Positions 38,201 through 51,838 are shown, counted from the stretch's first letter. The stretch is DNA of 64,000 nucleotides from Azolla caroliniana (GCA_043228905.1 JBHGNT010000002.1:24428001-24492000); one strand, 5' to 3'. Notes: a model not told the origin generated them from the sequence alone. A program made the numbers and translations.

Positions 38201-40120
38201 TTGATGGCATAATAGCATAATGATATCAAAGAATTGCATCATAATAGTAATGATATTGTTGAATTTCATACCTATTGTATTTTGACAGAATTATAGCATA
38301 AGGCAGAAACATGCAAAACATAATTTAAAGAGATTATAACATAACAATATTATTGATGATACCTATTGGATTTAAATGCATTTTAGAATAATGATATCAT
38401 AGAATATCATACATATTAGATTTGAAGAGATTTTATAGCATTGTGATGTCATGATTCATAGAATAGCAAACCTATTGTATCATCTTGCTCGAATTTAATG
38501 CAAGCTTTCAAATTCTCTACTCTTTCTAGATTACCATCAATTGCATGGCATGCTTTTTCTGCTGCATCTAACATGGACGCCTGAACAAATTATATGAAGT
38601 AAGAAACATGCTTTTCAGATTTTCATTTACAGGCTAGTTCTTTGACATGACTGTACTACAAATTATAAGACTATAATGACCACCTTTTCATATTTTCATT
38701 TATCTGTTGCTTCATCATGTTAAACAATGTATCCTGAGAGATTATCCATGTACAATGTAAGTTAAAACAAGAAAACTTTACAACAAAATATACCTTATAT
38801 AAAGACTGGGCATGGTAAATTTGGTATTTCTGCTCCAGTGGATGTAATCGAACAAGCTTTTGGTACCTGAACCTCAAAAAATGGAATGAAGAATAAATGT
38901 CAGATCTCAGATCAGAATAAGAAAAAGAATGAAAGTAAAAGATGGAAGGTAAGAAAGGTTTTAAAACGTAGCATGTATCATTTCTGCACATAAAAATGCG
39001 AAATGCAAGTACAGAACGGAAAGAATGAAGCAAAAAAGCAAAAAAAAGTAGCATGTTCACAGAAGATTAATCAGAAATGAAAGTAGAAATGGAAAAGAAA
39101 GAATGGCACGTAAAGCACTCATATTTCCAGATTAGATTAATCAAAAATAGGAAAAAAAGTGGATTTTGAAGCAGAAAAAGTAGAAACAGGCACAAGAATT
39201 TGAAACAAGGGACGTCAAGTCAAAAGGTAGAATATAGCATATATTACAAAATGCTAATCAGAAAGAAAAGAAAGACATGGAATTTGTAAATCAAACGAAC
39301 GAATTTAGAAATATAGTAAGATTTATCAAAAAAGCAAAGTGAAATTTTGAAACAAAGTCAAGAATGCATGTAGCACAAGCATCAGACAAATCAATTTGAC
39401 ATGACATTGATCAGAATCAAATGAAAAACAATGTAAGCATCAAAAAACTGATTTGAAAATCAGAGTAACGATTTGAAACAAAGAAAGCATAAAACAAATC
39501 ACCTGAATTCTGTACTAAGAGTGATCAGGAAAAAAAAGGACAATGTATAAATCTTACACTGAAGCAGAAGCATCGTAGTTTCCAAGATAGTAATGGCAGT
39601 AAGCAAGGAGAGAGAGAGTAGCCTGACTGTCAGGAAATGAGACCATGACCTGGTCTTCGAGAAACCTGTAGATATCAAAGAAAGATGAAGAAGAAATAAG
39701 AAATTAAGGAAGCAGAATAAAGAATTACCTCATGGAAGGCAAGGATGATCTGAATATGAATAAAACGGGGAGAAATATATATATAGATATAGATATAGAT
39801 ATATATATTAACGGAGCGAGAGAGAGAGAGAGAGAGAGAGAGAAAGGTCCGAAGAAACGGAGAATGGAGAAATGAAAGAGGAAGAAAAGTGGATAGAGAG
39901 GGTGAGAGAATGAAGAAAGGAGAGAGGATGAGAAGAGAAAGACGAAGAAACAGTAGAGGTAAATAGAGGTTGACGAGAGAGAAAACGAAGAAACGAGAGA
40001 GACTGTGTGTGTGTATGTGAGAGAGAGAGAGACTTACTTGATAGCTTGGCTATGGTGAGAATCTCGGATGAATCCATAGAGCAGACCTGTAATGCTCCCT
40101 CCACCCTGTAGCTTCGCCAT
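32300..40120 (-). CDS. IFT70: Intraflagellar transport protein 70 / tetratricopeptide repeat protein 30 (fleer, DYF-1); about 19 exons
   Basis: Spliced peptides: LSLLAYCHYY, YHAQSLYK, VNLGCCLYK, PDLAYNRALCFYQLK, QEYPELSIG, AFNLKAAIEY, DMPPRTEEELD|VTLHNQAL, NPPFPPETFRNLLLLYCK, WRLNVAH, AIVLANLCVSYIMT, HLCIVNLVIGTLYCTKQNFEFGISRIIKSL, TISYEARLLK. ATG at 40120, TAA at 32302-32300. Confidence 0.93.
34260..34538. mobile_element. Old MITE-like fold-back in an IFT70 intron; related remnant at ~36735-36918
   Basis: GAAATACCCCTGAGATTTTCT...CCAAATGC is an imperfect inverted repeat of GCATTTAGG...AAAAACTCTGGGTATTTC; no TSD found. Confidence 0.45.
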
Positions 40121-40417
40121 GGCGACCGACTCACAGCAATGAGAGAGAAGAATCGAATGAGAGAGAGAGAGAGAAAGAAAGAAACAAAGAAACAAAGAAA
40201 GATATATATTAACGTCTTCTAAGAGGCCGAAAATGGCCTATACGTACATATAATACCAAACAAGAGATTTCATCTTAAAGTGTTGTCTCGTCGTTCAGAG
40301 GAAAAAGAAATGAATAGAGAAACCGAGAGAGTGAGAGAAAGAAAGAAAGAAAGATAAATTAACGTCTTTTAAGAGGCCAAAATGGCCTATAAGACCGAAT
40401 AAGAGAGAGAAAGAAAG

Positions 40418-41158
40418 TCACCAAGTTTTGGCAGAAACTCTGGAAACAACAACACGTGAGGCGATTTATCACGTTCCAATGGCTATTAATACATAAGTGC
40501 CTACCGGTGGGAGCATGGCAACGTGGGAACCTTAGCTCTCCTAATTGTGTAGAGTGCCCACATGCAGTAGAATCAATACGACATGCTTTGTGGGACTGCC
40601 CAACGTCCCATTGAATATGGTCGTGGATTGGCCACTTGTTGCAATTATGTCAGGTTCAAGGCTCAATCAAGTGGGGAAATATATGTTGGCTATCATGGCA
40701 GACCGCAATTGGCAGATACGAGCATCAGGATGAGGGGATGACTTTGGTGATAAAAGCACAAGAGGTCTTTTTCTCCTCTAATGGCAATGTCCACTCCACT
40801 CCTCTTAATGACAAATATCAAGAGATGTTGGAATTGGTCAGCCCAATAACTCTTTGGATTCTATGGAAACAACGATGTAGGTGAGTCTTCTCCAACCAAA
40901 CCGCACATCCAACAAGGTTACTGCAAGAGATATGGAGTGAAATTGGAGCCACTCTAAAGAGCCAATATGATGGCCTCAAGGACGGCTCTGAGGGAGTTGA
41001 AAGACAACGAATAGTCTTCATCCAACAATGGTCATCCTCTCCCTTTCTTGAGTCAATGGGCATCCACATAAGATGGAACTATCACGTCCCTTTAGGGATT
41101 TGTACATACTTATCACATTTGTAAATTTTTATAACTAATGGAAGGAGGTTTTTTTGGA
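40418..41158 (+). mobile_element. 5'-truncated L1-type LINE fragment (zf-RVT region to 3' end), directly upstream of IFT70
   Basis: Disrupted frames give TKFWQKLWKQ...FQWLLIH and ITLWILWKQRCR; colinear with 46159-46896 in the opposite orientation; inserted into a GAAA run. Confidence 0.8.
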
Positions 41159-41227
41159 AGAAAGAAAGAAAGATAAATATATTGACGTCTTCTACGGCCA
41201 AAATTGGCCACCAAGAGAGAGAGAGAG

Positions 41228-41261
<34 letters not shown>

Positions 41262-41276
41262 AAGAAGAAAGACAGA

Positions 41277-41646
41277 GACAAAGAGATTGTGTGTATAGCT
41301 CAGTTCGTAAGGTTGCCCAATGGAGACCCGGTGGACAGAGAGATTGTGTGTATAACTCAGTTCGTAAGGTTGCCCAATGGAGACCTGGTGGACAAAGAGA
41401 TTGTGTGTATAGCTCAATTCGTAAGGTTGCCCAATGGAGACCATGTGGATAGAGAGATTGTGTATAGCTCAATTCGTAAGGTTGCCCAATGGAGCCCAGG
41501 TGGTCATGGGTTTAACCCCTACATTCCACAGTGGCATCTAGTGAAATAAGAGAGAGAGTGTGTGTGTAGCTGAGCTAAACGTAGCTCAGTTGGTAAGGTT
41601 GCCCAATGGAATGACCAGGTGGTCATGGGTTCAACCCCTACATTCC
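41277..41646 (+). repeat. 57-bp tandem array of tRNA-like A-box heads followed by two A+B-box units (tRNA-derived, SINE-like)
   Basis: Units at 41277, 41334, 41391, 41448 contain TA(G/A)CTCA(G/A)TTCGTAAGG; unit 4 and the copy at 41581 continue to GGGTT(T/C)AACCCC. Confidence 0.8.
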
Positions 41647-41659
41647 AATCCACTATAGA

Positions 41660-41768
41660 GTAATAGAGAGGTGGGAAATTTGGGTTTCGAACCCAAGATG
41701 TCCCAAGATGTACTACTAATAGTGTAAACGACTTACTTACCACTAGGGTAAGCTAATTACCATAAAAA
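41660..41768 (-). repeat. Second tRNA-derived SINE-like family; homologous to 61030-61122
   Basis: Minus strand: TAGCTTACCCTAGTGGTAAG (A-box-like) ... CTTGGGTTCGAAACCCAA (B box / T-arm hairpin). Confidence 0.7.
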
Positions 41769-44700
41769 TAAGACATGTGTGTGAGTGTGCATGTGTGTAT
41801 ATCTCGAGAGGAGTGAGAGGGAGAGAGACCCCGAAGTTGCTCAATTTGTTGGATCAATGTGGGTGGGTGTTTGTTGTGAACGCCCCCTTTCTCCGTTGAT
41901 TCACGAAAACTCTCCCAAAAAGCAGATAGTTTTGATTGCATGAAAAATGCAAAAGACAACACGTACCATTGCTGATACCCTGTTTGTATGAATAAATCCG
42001 AGGGGTAATTTCATCGTTATGAAAAAAAACTTAATAGGGGTGCATCCTTTCCCCTCTAAAAACCGACGTATAGCTAGTGCATGTGTGCTATTTCTGATCT
42101 ACTTAGCATGAAGAATAAATATATTTATATACTTTGTTGGGGCCAATTCACGTGATGCCTTATGATGCTGACACAATTGGCATCTTGTTGGTTACAAGAA
42201 CATGGCTTCAAACAAAATTGAATTGTCGAACACATGGTGTGTCCAAATCTGCCATGTGTCTAGTCAATCAAATAATACTTCCAAGGACTTGGCATAGGTC
42301 TTTTCTGAACATCAACGCTACTCTTATTAACCAAATCAACTCATAATAGGTGTTTGCAATGAATGCACACAATGTGTGATATGCTTGGTGTGAAATTAAA
42401 TCATAAATTTTTGGAAAAAGGAAAAAAGAAAAAAAATCATAAATGTGCTTTGAATATGTAATTTATTCAAAAAGATATCCATAAATCATGCGATGATCTC
42501 ATTTTTGTTAGACTTGATTGGTGCTAATCACATGCAATGGTGCGATTTTTAGTTTGTTTTGTGGGTTGCGAGAAGATCATGGAAGGGGTTGAGGTAGGAT
42601 TAACAAACTAATAGCATTAAAGATATTAAGACATGTTGAGTGGATTGCGAAGAGATTAATGGAAACATTAGGATGCCATATAATATCTAATTCAAAGGGA
42701 TGAACTATGAGGATGGTTTTGGTTATTGCTCTAGACCATTCATCAATATCATGATTATTGTGCGAGCTTAATTAAGATTTTGATACATGCTTGATTGCTC
42801 GTTGATGCCATCATAGTTTTTTTTTCATGCAAGGATGTTATAGTCTAATAATTAATTGCCATAACAGCATCCTTGAAGAGTCTGACGTGACCTATGAAAC
42901 TTTGTTCCGAAACAAAACATTCATACTTCCTCATATAAGCTTTGTGAATACGAGGAATGTACATTCGATTAACTCCCATTTAGAGAATAAATTTGTCTCA
43001 ATATCAATTTCTTGAAGTTCATACAAGAATAGAGTTTTCAAAGCACATGAAACTTTTCGCCCATATAAAATTATGTGCAAGGGTAGGCTCGATAATCTAC
43101 GTTCCTATGGAAAAAAGTGTACATAAAAACAACGTGCTTTATAAAGCATTCTGATCTACAAATCATTTTTGCACTTACATGTTGCTTCAGTGGGTGGATA
43201 ACAATTTTCGCATGTGCATGATCTCTATGGTTAACACAATGACTTTGACGAACAACACATCAAAGCCCATTGCTTAAACGTGGAATCAACAACCTTACAT
43301 TTCAAATCTCAAGCTTAAACCATGTATACACCAAAATACATTTGAATTTCAAAGTTTCAATGAAGTAGGTAAAGGAATAAGTAAACAATCATTTGTGGTG
43401 AGATCTAAAATCTCTTATATAAAGCTATAAAGTTAGTGCTTTTACACTCTACATGACATACGGTGTCTTGTTTTATATAAACGCATGTGGCGTGCATGAG
43501 AGAGACTGAGAGAGATTTAGTGCAGGTCATCAGTTGGTAAAGGTTGTTCAACAAAGGCAATAAGGGCGTGCACTCTATCCTTACACTCCCGAAGGCCAAG
43601 TATGGGGAACAGTATAAATATGTTTCAACGGTACGGTTTCTTGTCCCTTCAACCATCAAACTGGCATAGAACATTGTCACATTTTGATTTATGTAGGACT
43701 AGAATTATTGAATGTTTGGGTGTGGCTGCATTATTAAGTCTATGGCACTAACTTTATATTTTCACATTACTATTCAATACACATAGATGAATTTTGTAAT
43801 GTGAATGAAAATCAAGGGCATGCTCATGAGTACATATTTTCATGAGTTGGCAAAATGTTGTTCCATAATAAAAGTGTAAGAAAATACATGTATTGCCATT
43901 GTTTACAATATGAGCCTCTCTAGTGCGCCGAATTAAACTGTAGCAACTTGACATACGTTGAGATATATGGTCAAATCAAGAATCATAATCAAGATTGAGC
44001 TTTAATCGACGATCTCTAATATATTAAATTGGGAATTATTAACAAGATCAAGTACCAACTTCAAGTTGCAACACTAGGATCATGAGTTAATGTTTGGTAT
44101 TGACATCACCACAGGATGTTCGATCAAGATCAACACTAGATAAAACGACAATGATTTGTTTCTAATCGTTGTACTCTTAAGGGAAACTAAGAAATTTGTT
44201 CATGTCAACATGATATAGCCATTTCTTTTGGAGTAAGTTGCTAATGTGTATAATCTAGTACAAGATCAATATCGAATGTATAGGCTTCAAATCGTGGCTT
44301 GCAAGCTTGGAAGCACATGATTACATGACATAGTAATGTTGATACTCACATATGCATGTAATCTAGTTGTAGTTAAATCTTCCACAATGATTTGTCAAGG
44401 AACCAACTCTTTTACATAAGTGATGTTTAAAGGCAATGTTATGAGAGAATGGTTAACATGTAATTTACACTTTAACATATATAATTAAAATGCATGCTCA
44501 TATGCTTATGATGATATTCCATCTTAATGATTTTTTGCCAACTGATACACAACCATAACATTGAAGTTAGTGTCAGTTAGAAGGCCAACATGAGCTTGGA
44601 TGCTAAGGGAGATCATAAACTACATGGAAATGTTTTTGAATATTCATGATCAATGCATGACTTGAGAGTTGTACTCGATGGGATGGTTTGTAAGCATGAT

Positions 44701-46149
44701 AAGACACCAACATCTAGAAATATCGCTTGCATTTGATAAATGTTTCACTCTTTATCTTAAAGTTTGCAATTTGTCTCCTTCTATCTAGTGCACCTAGTTG
44801 ACTATAGTAGAAATCATGAGCTTCAATGTTTACATTCCCTTGTCTTTTCCTTGAGGTTATTTTTTGTTTCTTTAAAAAAATCGTAGCTAGCAGTTTTAAA
44901 CATCAAGCAAATAGGTTCGTTCCATAATAAAACAACAGGCACATGATAAATTGAATCTAAATAATAAAATATTGATTATAGAAATGCTTATTTTGAAGGG
45001 AGGAGAGGGTTAACCAGACTCAAGAGAGAGAGAGAAAAAAAAGAATTACAGGGATGAAAAAAGGGAGGTCATTTTGATCTTTTAGAGGTAGCACAGATTG
45101 TGTCATAATTAAGATATATGCACAAAGTTCTCATGTTCAATGGTAGACTTGGAGGGAAGGCATATCGAGGGAAGTTCAAAGGCAATGTTAATATAAGAGT
45201 TCTACTTATTGTAGCAAGTGGAGACTTTGCAAATCGTTCTCCCTATTGATGGGCGCTTCAACATGTCCCCTGACCCATGGATAAGGGGCTAAAGCACTAA
45301 AAACATGTTAGTGAGATGAAAAGGTTATAGATGAAAAAATTAGATGGATGGAGAGAATGAATTGGTTTTATACAAAAGAATAATAAAAAGTTATATTCTT
45401 TATATGAAAGAAAATGAGTTGCTAAAAATATGAATATATATATATATATATATATAATAGAGATACAAGGAGAACTAGGGTTAACAACGAGTTACATGGT
45501 TTTGAAAAGAGGAAAATGGTTGTGGAGAGATAATGAGGGTTTTAAGCAATTTTGCAAAGGACTAGACAAGCGAAAAGAAGATTGTTTGCGCTCATCTTAC
45601 ACACCTATTTCTCAAACCACTGCTCACTGTTTAATGCTGCTTGATACTCTATCCCCTAGGCATTTAATGTAGTCTTGTGGGCCATGTTTTATATCAGTGT
45701 ATCCATTAACAACAACGATGTTGTGAGCACAATGAAGGTTGCTAAGTTGTTGCCATAGTAGCAATATGCTTCGGGGTAGATGTATGCATGATTGAAAGGT
45801 GAATTTAGTATGTGCTTAACGAGTGCACTATGACTTGTGTCACTTGAGAGGAATCTTTAATGGGTGAAGAATTGTGTTGTCTCTAGTTGTTTTATGGTGG
45901 TTGTATGATGTGAATGTGAGAGTATTAATAGATGTCTCCCACTGTGTTGCTCAAATGTGTCAATGTAGTTTGTTTTTTGTTTTTTTTTAAAACTACACCA
46001 AAGTTTCCATTACTAATCCAATAAGCGTATACAAGACATATAATGATACAATCTAGTGGCGGGTAAGATATGCCCCATTATGTCATAATTGAAACCAACC
46101 TCCACATATGGAGGAAACAACCATCGAGAGGGTACATATTACCAATCCA

Positions 46150-47600
46150 TTTTTTTTTCCAAAAAAAAAACTCCTTCCATTAGTTATAAAGATTTTACAG
46201 ATGAGATTATTATATACAAATCCCTATAGGGACACGATAGGTCCATCTTATGTGGATGCCCACTGCCTCAAGAAAGGGAGAGGACGACCATTGTTGGATA
46301 AAGGCTAGTCGTTGTCTTTCAACTCTATCGGTGTCGCCCTTGAGGCCATCATATTGGCTCTTTAGAGTGGCTACAGCTTCACTCCATATCTCTTGCATTA
46401 ACATTATTGGTTGCGCACTTTGGTTGGAGAAGACCCGTCTACACCGTTGTTTCCATAAAATCCAAAGAGTTATTGGGCTAACCAAGCCCAATACAACTTG
46501 AGATTTGGCACTAAGGAGTTGAGTGGATATTGCCGATGGTGGAGAAAAAAACCTCTTGTCCTTTTATAACAAAAGTCATCCCCTCTTCTTGATGCTCATA
46601 TCTGTCAACTACGGCCTTTCATGATAGCCAACATACATTCCCCCACTTGATTGAGCCTTGCACCTGGCATAATTGCAATAAGCAACCAACCCCTCGCCAT
46701 ATTCGATGGGATTCTGGGCAGTCCCATAGAGCGTGTCGTATTGATCTTACTACATTTGGACACGCTACACAATTAGGAGAGTTGATGTTCCCACTCTGCC
46801 ATGCACCAACCGATAATGACCTATGTATTAATAGCCATTGGAAAGTGGTGATTCGCCTCGCGTGTTGTTTCCAGAGTTTATGCCAAAACTTGGTGATAAT
46901 TGTGTAAGGAACATGATAATGTTTTCCAAACCTTGCAGCTGTCGGATCTCGGGCAGATTGAGCAGCTATAATATAACGACCCAATCTAGTTGTGAATTGA
47001 AAGAAAGGGATAGGTTTGCTTCCTTGACCCGCGTAAGGATCACACCATGTCCATTGCAAAGGGTCCCAACTGACCTTACGTAGCCATGTGTTTTCATGAG
47101 TACATATGTGCAAATCTGGTTGTAATTCGATTGGATCAGGATCTATAATCCATTTATGCCCAGTATATGCTAGTACTAGAATTGCCTTATGTTGTGTTGA
47201 TGTCTTGTTGTCCTACAATTCAGAGCCTTTGATCATGTCTCTACCTCTTGGAAGCAAAGTGCCCTCCTCCTTGTAACCTATCCATTTCTCCGTTGTCGTC
47301 CTTTTATGAGCATCTTCCCTAATTAGTAGAGCGTTAATGATTTCAATTCTCATAGCCCATCCGTCCCTGATTCCATGGAGGATGTTGGCTTGGTCTTGTA
47401 TTGGCAATGACATAAACCGTCTCCAACAGTCTATACTTTTTCTTGGACCTTCCAACATGTATCCCCATGATAGCCCCTTGCTTGATCCAATTAGTTGATT
47501 AGATTCATCCCTGATACATGATCTTGTATTGCCAATCCATTTTGTTATTTCTCTCCACAAAAACGAACAAATCCTTCCACTTGCATTTAAAGGATTGTTG
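46150..47600 (-). mobile_element. 5'-truncated L1-type LINE fragment with poly(A) end
   Basis: ORF pieces with zf-RVT-like FWHKLWK...TFQWLLIHRSL...CVAC...SIRHALWDC and ITLWILWKQRC; ends GGAAAAAAAAA on the minus strand at ~46160-46150. Confidence 0.85.
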
Positions 47601-48499
47601 CTTCAGAAAAATCATATCTTCATTACCAGTGAAGGAGTCATATTGACCTTTTAAAATAATGTGTCAATGTAGTTGCAAGCTAGAGAGGGATAATAACACA
47701 AGCACCATGGTTTAAAACTTTTTAAGTCTTCATATCACTTAAACTTGGGCATGGATTAGACAATGCCTCAGACCAATGGTATAATCTTACAAGTTCTAAC
47801 GAGCTCGAATAACCATCATAAACACCATGGACAACCAAGTTTAAATGAATAAGTTACTTGAAAAGCGATTACTTTACATGCATTCTCCAAGTTTAACCTC
47901 TAATATATACATCAAACAATTGAGATTTATGATCAAATTTATGTTGAAAATGGAATGTAATCATCGATGACCTTCATGCATGTAATCTAAGATAAGAGTG
48001 ATATTTGATATTCATATAGTGTATAGTTTGTTATTTGTCAATAAATCATACTTGAATAAGAACAATTCATGAAAATTGAAATGTGGCCACTTGAATAAGA
48101 ACAATGATAATGTTAGTTTATCTTAACCATACATTTCACAACATGTCGAGATAACATTTAGAATGAAATTTGGATTTTTTTTGATGCATTGATTTATTAC
48201 CAATAAGCATTGACAACTACTTTTAACTAAGAGGGATACTCATCATTCATCTAGAAATATGGCGTGCCATATTTCTCTATCATCATAGAAGTTGAGCAAC
48301 ACTATAATAAGAATTACATGTGCCAATCATATCACCCATCCATACAAATAAGGAATAGAATCAAAAGAAAAGAAAAAGAAAAAGAACAAGACGCTAACTC
48401 CATCCACACACCCATAGGACAGAGCAACCATCCAATCATAAGAACAAGAAAATATTAACTTGATCAATGTGCTAATATGCATGGTCACATTTCTCTAAG

Positions 48500-49800
48500 G
48501 AGTCAATCATGGGTGTGGGAGGCTTAGGCATTCTAAACCACAATTTTCTATACATCTAATAGTGTGAGCAGAGTTTCCACTCAATGCCTTCATCAAGGAG
48601 GGAGGGATCATGATCATGTCAAAACCACCAAATTAAGACATCATATAATTGAGTTAGAGCATGAGCTTCTTGGGTGAGAGTTATAGTAATAGGCACTCAA
48701 GACTACGAGACAAGGTAAAGCATGAGAAACCAAATATGAGATCCATCAAAGATGGTCAAAATGAGAATGACATGATTGATGCTAAGGAGACTATGTTACA
48801 TATTTGGGACAATGTTGAAAACAACATGTTGGGAAAAAGCGGCATTGCTTTGGACTTGTGCCAAACCAACACAACAATTTGCCAAAATATCACATGGACT
48901 TCCTAAAACACAAAGAACATGAGTTAGGCAAAGATCATGTAAAAGAGCATAGCATACTCTCACTTTGTCATACCACATAAACAATTACTCCAAAGAGAAT
49001 GTTGAGGCGATCTAGTGCGAGAGGGGAATCCAAGTACAAACACAAGAGCTCTTGATTTGTATCTTAGGAGCTCCCAATATTTGTGATGTGGTGACATTGC
49101 TCAATGATGGTAAGAAAACATATAATTAGGATGGAACATTCATAACACTAAAGTCTGAATGGATAAATTATCAAAGCACAAAGGCAACACAAGGACGAGT
49201 TTGGGGACTTCCCAAACATAAAGTGTTGTGATCTTCACAATAATCAATTCAACACACTCTTCGACGATATGTTTAGATTCCCTTCATATAGATGTATAAA
49301 ATTGGGTTCCTCCTCTTACAGATACATACCTTAAAGAGGCACCTCCTAGATGGTTAAGTGTAACCATGTACATAAACCTCTTTATTATGCCCACACAAGG
49401 TTAAAGTTGTTGGGATATTGACTAATACAAGGTCATAGTTGGGTGAAATTGTGTAGAGGGCACAATATGAAGAAATTGAACACTATTGTCAAGTGGTGTG
49501 GGGGCAAGGTGATACCCATTGGGCCTCATAGGAGTGCTTGTTTTCAAGTAAAATATTATATTCAATTAGAATTCATGGATTACATGATATTCTACATAAC
49601 ATAGAATAATGTACTTGTAGGTTAATGAATGAAATTCCTTTGGTGGGGTGGTTCATAAATCCTAATACAAAGACATCACACACAACTATTCAGCTACCAT
49701 AGGATTAAGGTGGTATTTGGTGGGTTGGGTGGTAGAACAAGATAATAATTGACCATGTTGTTTTGAGCTAAAGCATACTTTCCAGCAAATCCCTCATGAT
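48500..49800 (+). mobile_element. Possible highly decayed LINE RT remnant
   Basis: Broken frames hint at the FLW-GG...LP...GG-G pattern found downstream of LINE RT; many stops. Confidence 0.3.
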
Positions 49801-51176
49801 ATGTTGTCATAAAGCATGAAGAATCATACACTTAAGCATCCTTGTCCTCATGAAATAGTTAATCGGTATACATCAATTCATTCATGGCAAACAACTAATC
49901 ATAATGATTTGAATTTCCTTAAATATGTACACTAAACCATTTTGATGATTTAACAAAATCTTCGATGTCCTTGGAATTTGAAGTATTTTTCTCCCACCTA
50001 GAATCACTAATTGAAATATGTAGCAAAGCACATGACACGATGCAAGAATTAACGCAAATCACTTAGAAGGGACGGAAATCCACAAGGTAACTTGTATGTG
50101 CAACTTTGTAAAGCTCAAATGCATGCCTTCAAAACTAGTTTCAATGCATTTTTTGTCTAATTTATTGTTATATACAGAATATTGATTCGACTGCACTTCC
50201 CATTCCTATCATAATCCAGATTCCAAACTCCCTTTATGTACTCCACTTCACACACTTAGCACGCTTGACACAATCTTCTTGTCCACCACCTACCTTCATT
50301 TCATTGTTTCCTTTCACATGAATTTTAAAGTAGGCTACCAAACATGTACTTTTCCATCAAAAGACATGAGGCACTTCAAAGGGCCTACAAGTGCATAGTT
50401 TTGTTGAAGTGTGCTTCTTTTTGGTGAAGTTGTCCATTTTGGAGCATGCCATGTTTTGTTGAGAGATACAAGGTGCCAAAAAGAACTTGGAGTTTGGAGT
50501 ATGATATGATCTTCTTTTCAACAAAAAGGAATTATATGGGGCATTTCCTTGTTGGACAATACATAAAATGTTGAAAATGGATTTGTCTTGGAGTCTGTCG
50601 TGTTTGGTGCGAGATATGTTCACAAGGCTCAGAAGATTTGGTGCTCTTTCTTAAATTCACAAGATGAAAGATGCATACAAGCCTCCGATGTGTTGCTATT
50701 AGGGGACTATGGGTCGAGTCACAAGTGGGCTTCTCATCGATGAAGTTGAAACTATTCACCCAAGAAGATACAAGTCCCATATAGAAGGTCAAATGTGGAA
50801 TTAAGGAGATTTCTCCGCAAACTACGAGTTGTAAAGGGAAGAGAGAAATATTTGGTAAGTATGAGAAAGAAAGAGGGAAATACGCAGTGAGATAGAGTCT
50901 CCCATGGTGGTTGGAAGGGTTAAGTTCCAAGTGGGCTTCTTTTTTGAGAAAGCCGATTATCTAAGACAAGACACGAGACATTGCAAATGTGGAGTCGAGG
51001 AGGCCCCTCCCTAAATGTGCTGCTAAGGTTGGGGAGGGGGGAGGGGAGTATGTATGTTTGTCTTCCCTCTCTCTCTCTCATGTGTTGGAAGCTGAAGTAG
51101 AAGAACACTAAATGACTTTCTCTCTATGTGTTGAAGATGGAAGATGGAAGTTGGAACCCTTTTCTTACTTTAGGCT

Positions 51177-51214
<38 letters not shown>

Positions 51215-51294
51215 GGTGGTGGAATATTAAATGCATTTTTCTTATTTAGACACACTCTCTCTACATATGTCCTTTTCTTCCCTTAGTTCTTATG

Positions 51295-51345
<51 letters not shown>

Positions 51346-51838
51346 GTGTCGAAGATGGACCACTAAATTGCCATCCTCTCTTTCTCTATACATACATATG
51401 TATGGGAGCACTAAATGCCATTTTATGGTAAAGAATGTGTGTTCATCCTCCTCCTCTCTCTCTCTCTCTCTCGGGGTGTCTTGAGGGGAATCGATATGTA
51501 ATCTTGAGTGTGGACAGAAGGAACGAAGCTCACGGGGGCTTCGTCCCCGATTTGAGAGGACGAAAACATGGTATACGGAAACTCAATAAGAATGAAAAAG
51601 GTCAACATTTCAGGCGTGTTTCATTCTTTAGGGAAGACGTTCCACATGAATGCAAGGGAACTTTTGGGATGGAAAGCCATCCACATCTCTCTCTCTCTTT
51701 CACACACATACGCACACACAACTCTTTCCAAATGTCTTAGAATATCTCTATCCCCATCTCCACATGTATTTAAAAAGAGAGCGGCATGTTCTCTATTTGT
51801 CTCATATGTTTTGAAGATTAGTTTATTCTCTCGTGCTA

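Noticed and set aside
41581-41646. Functional tRNA gene
   Set aside because: A and B boxes are present but the acceptor and anticodon stems do not pair convincingly; treated as SINE-like.
42000-46100. Possible decayed transposon coding sequence (also ~11200-11870, 17960-18600, 57700-59900, 61500-62000)
   Set aside because: Looks TE-derived, but no motif could be identified with confidence by eye; needs a translated search against TE protein libraries.
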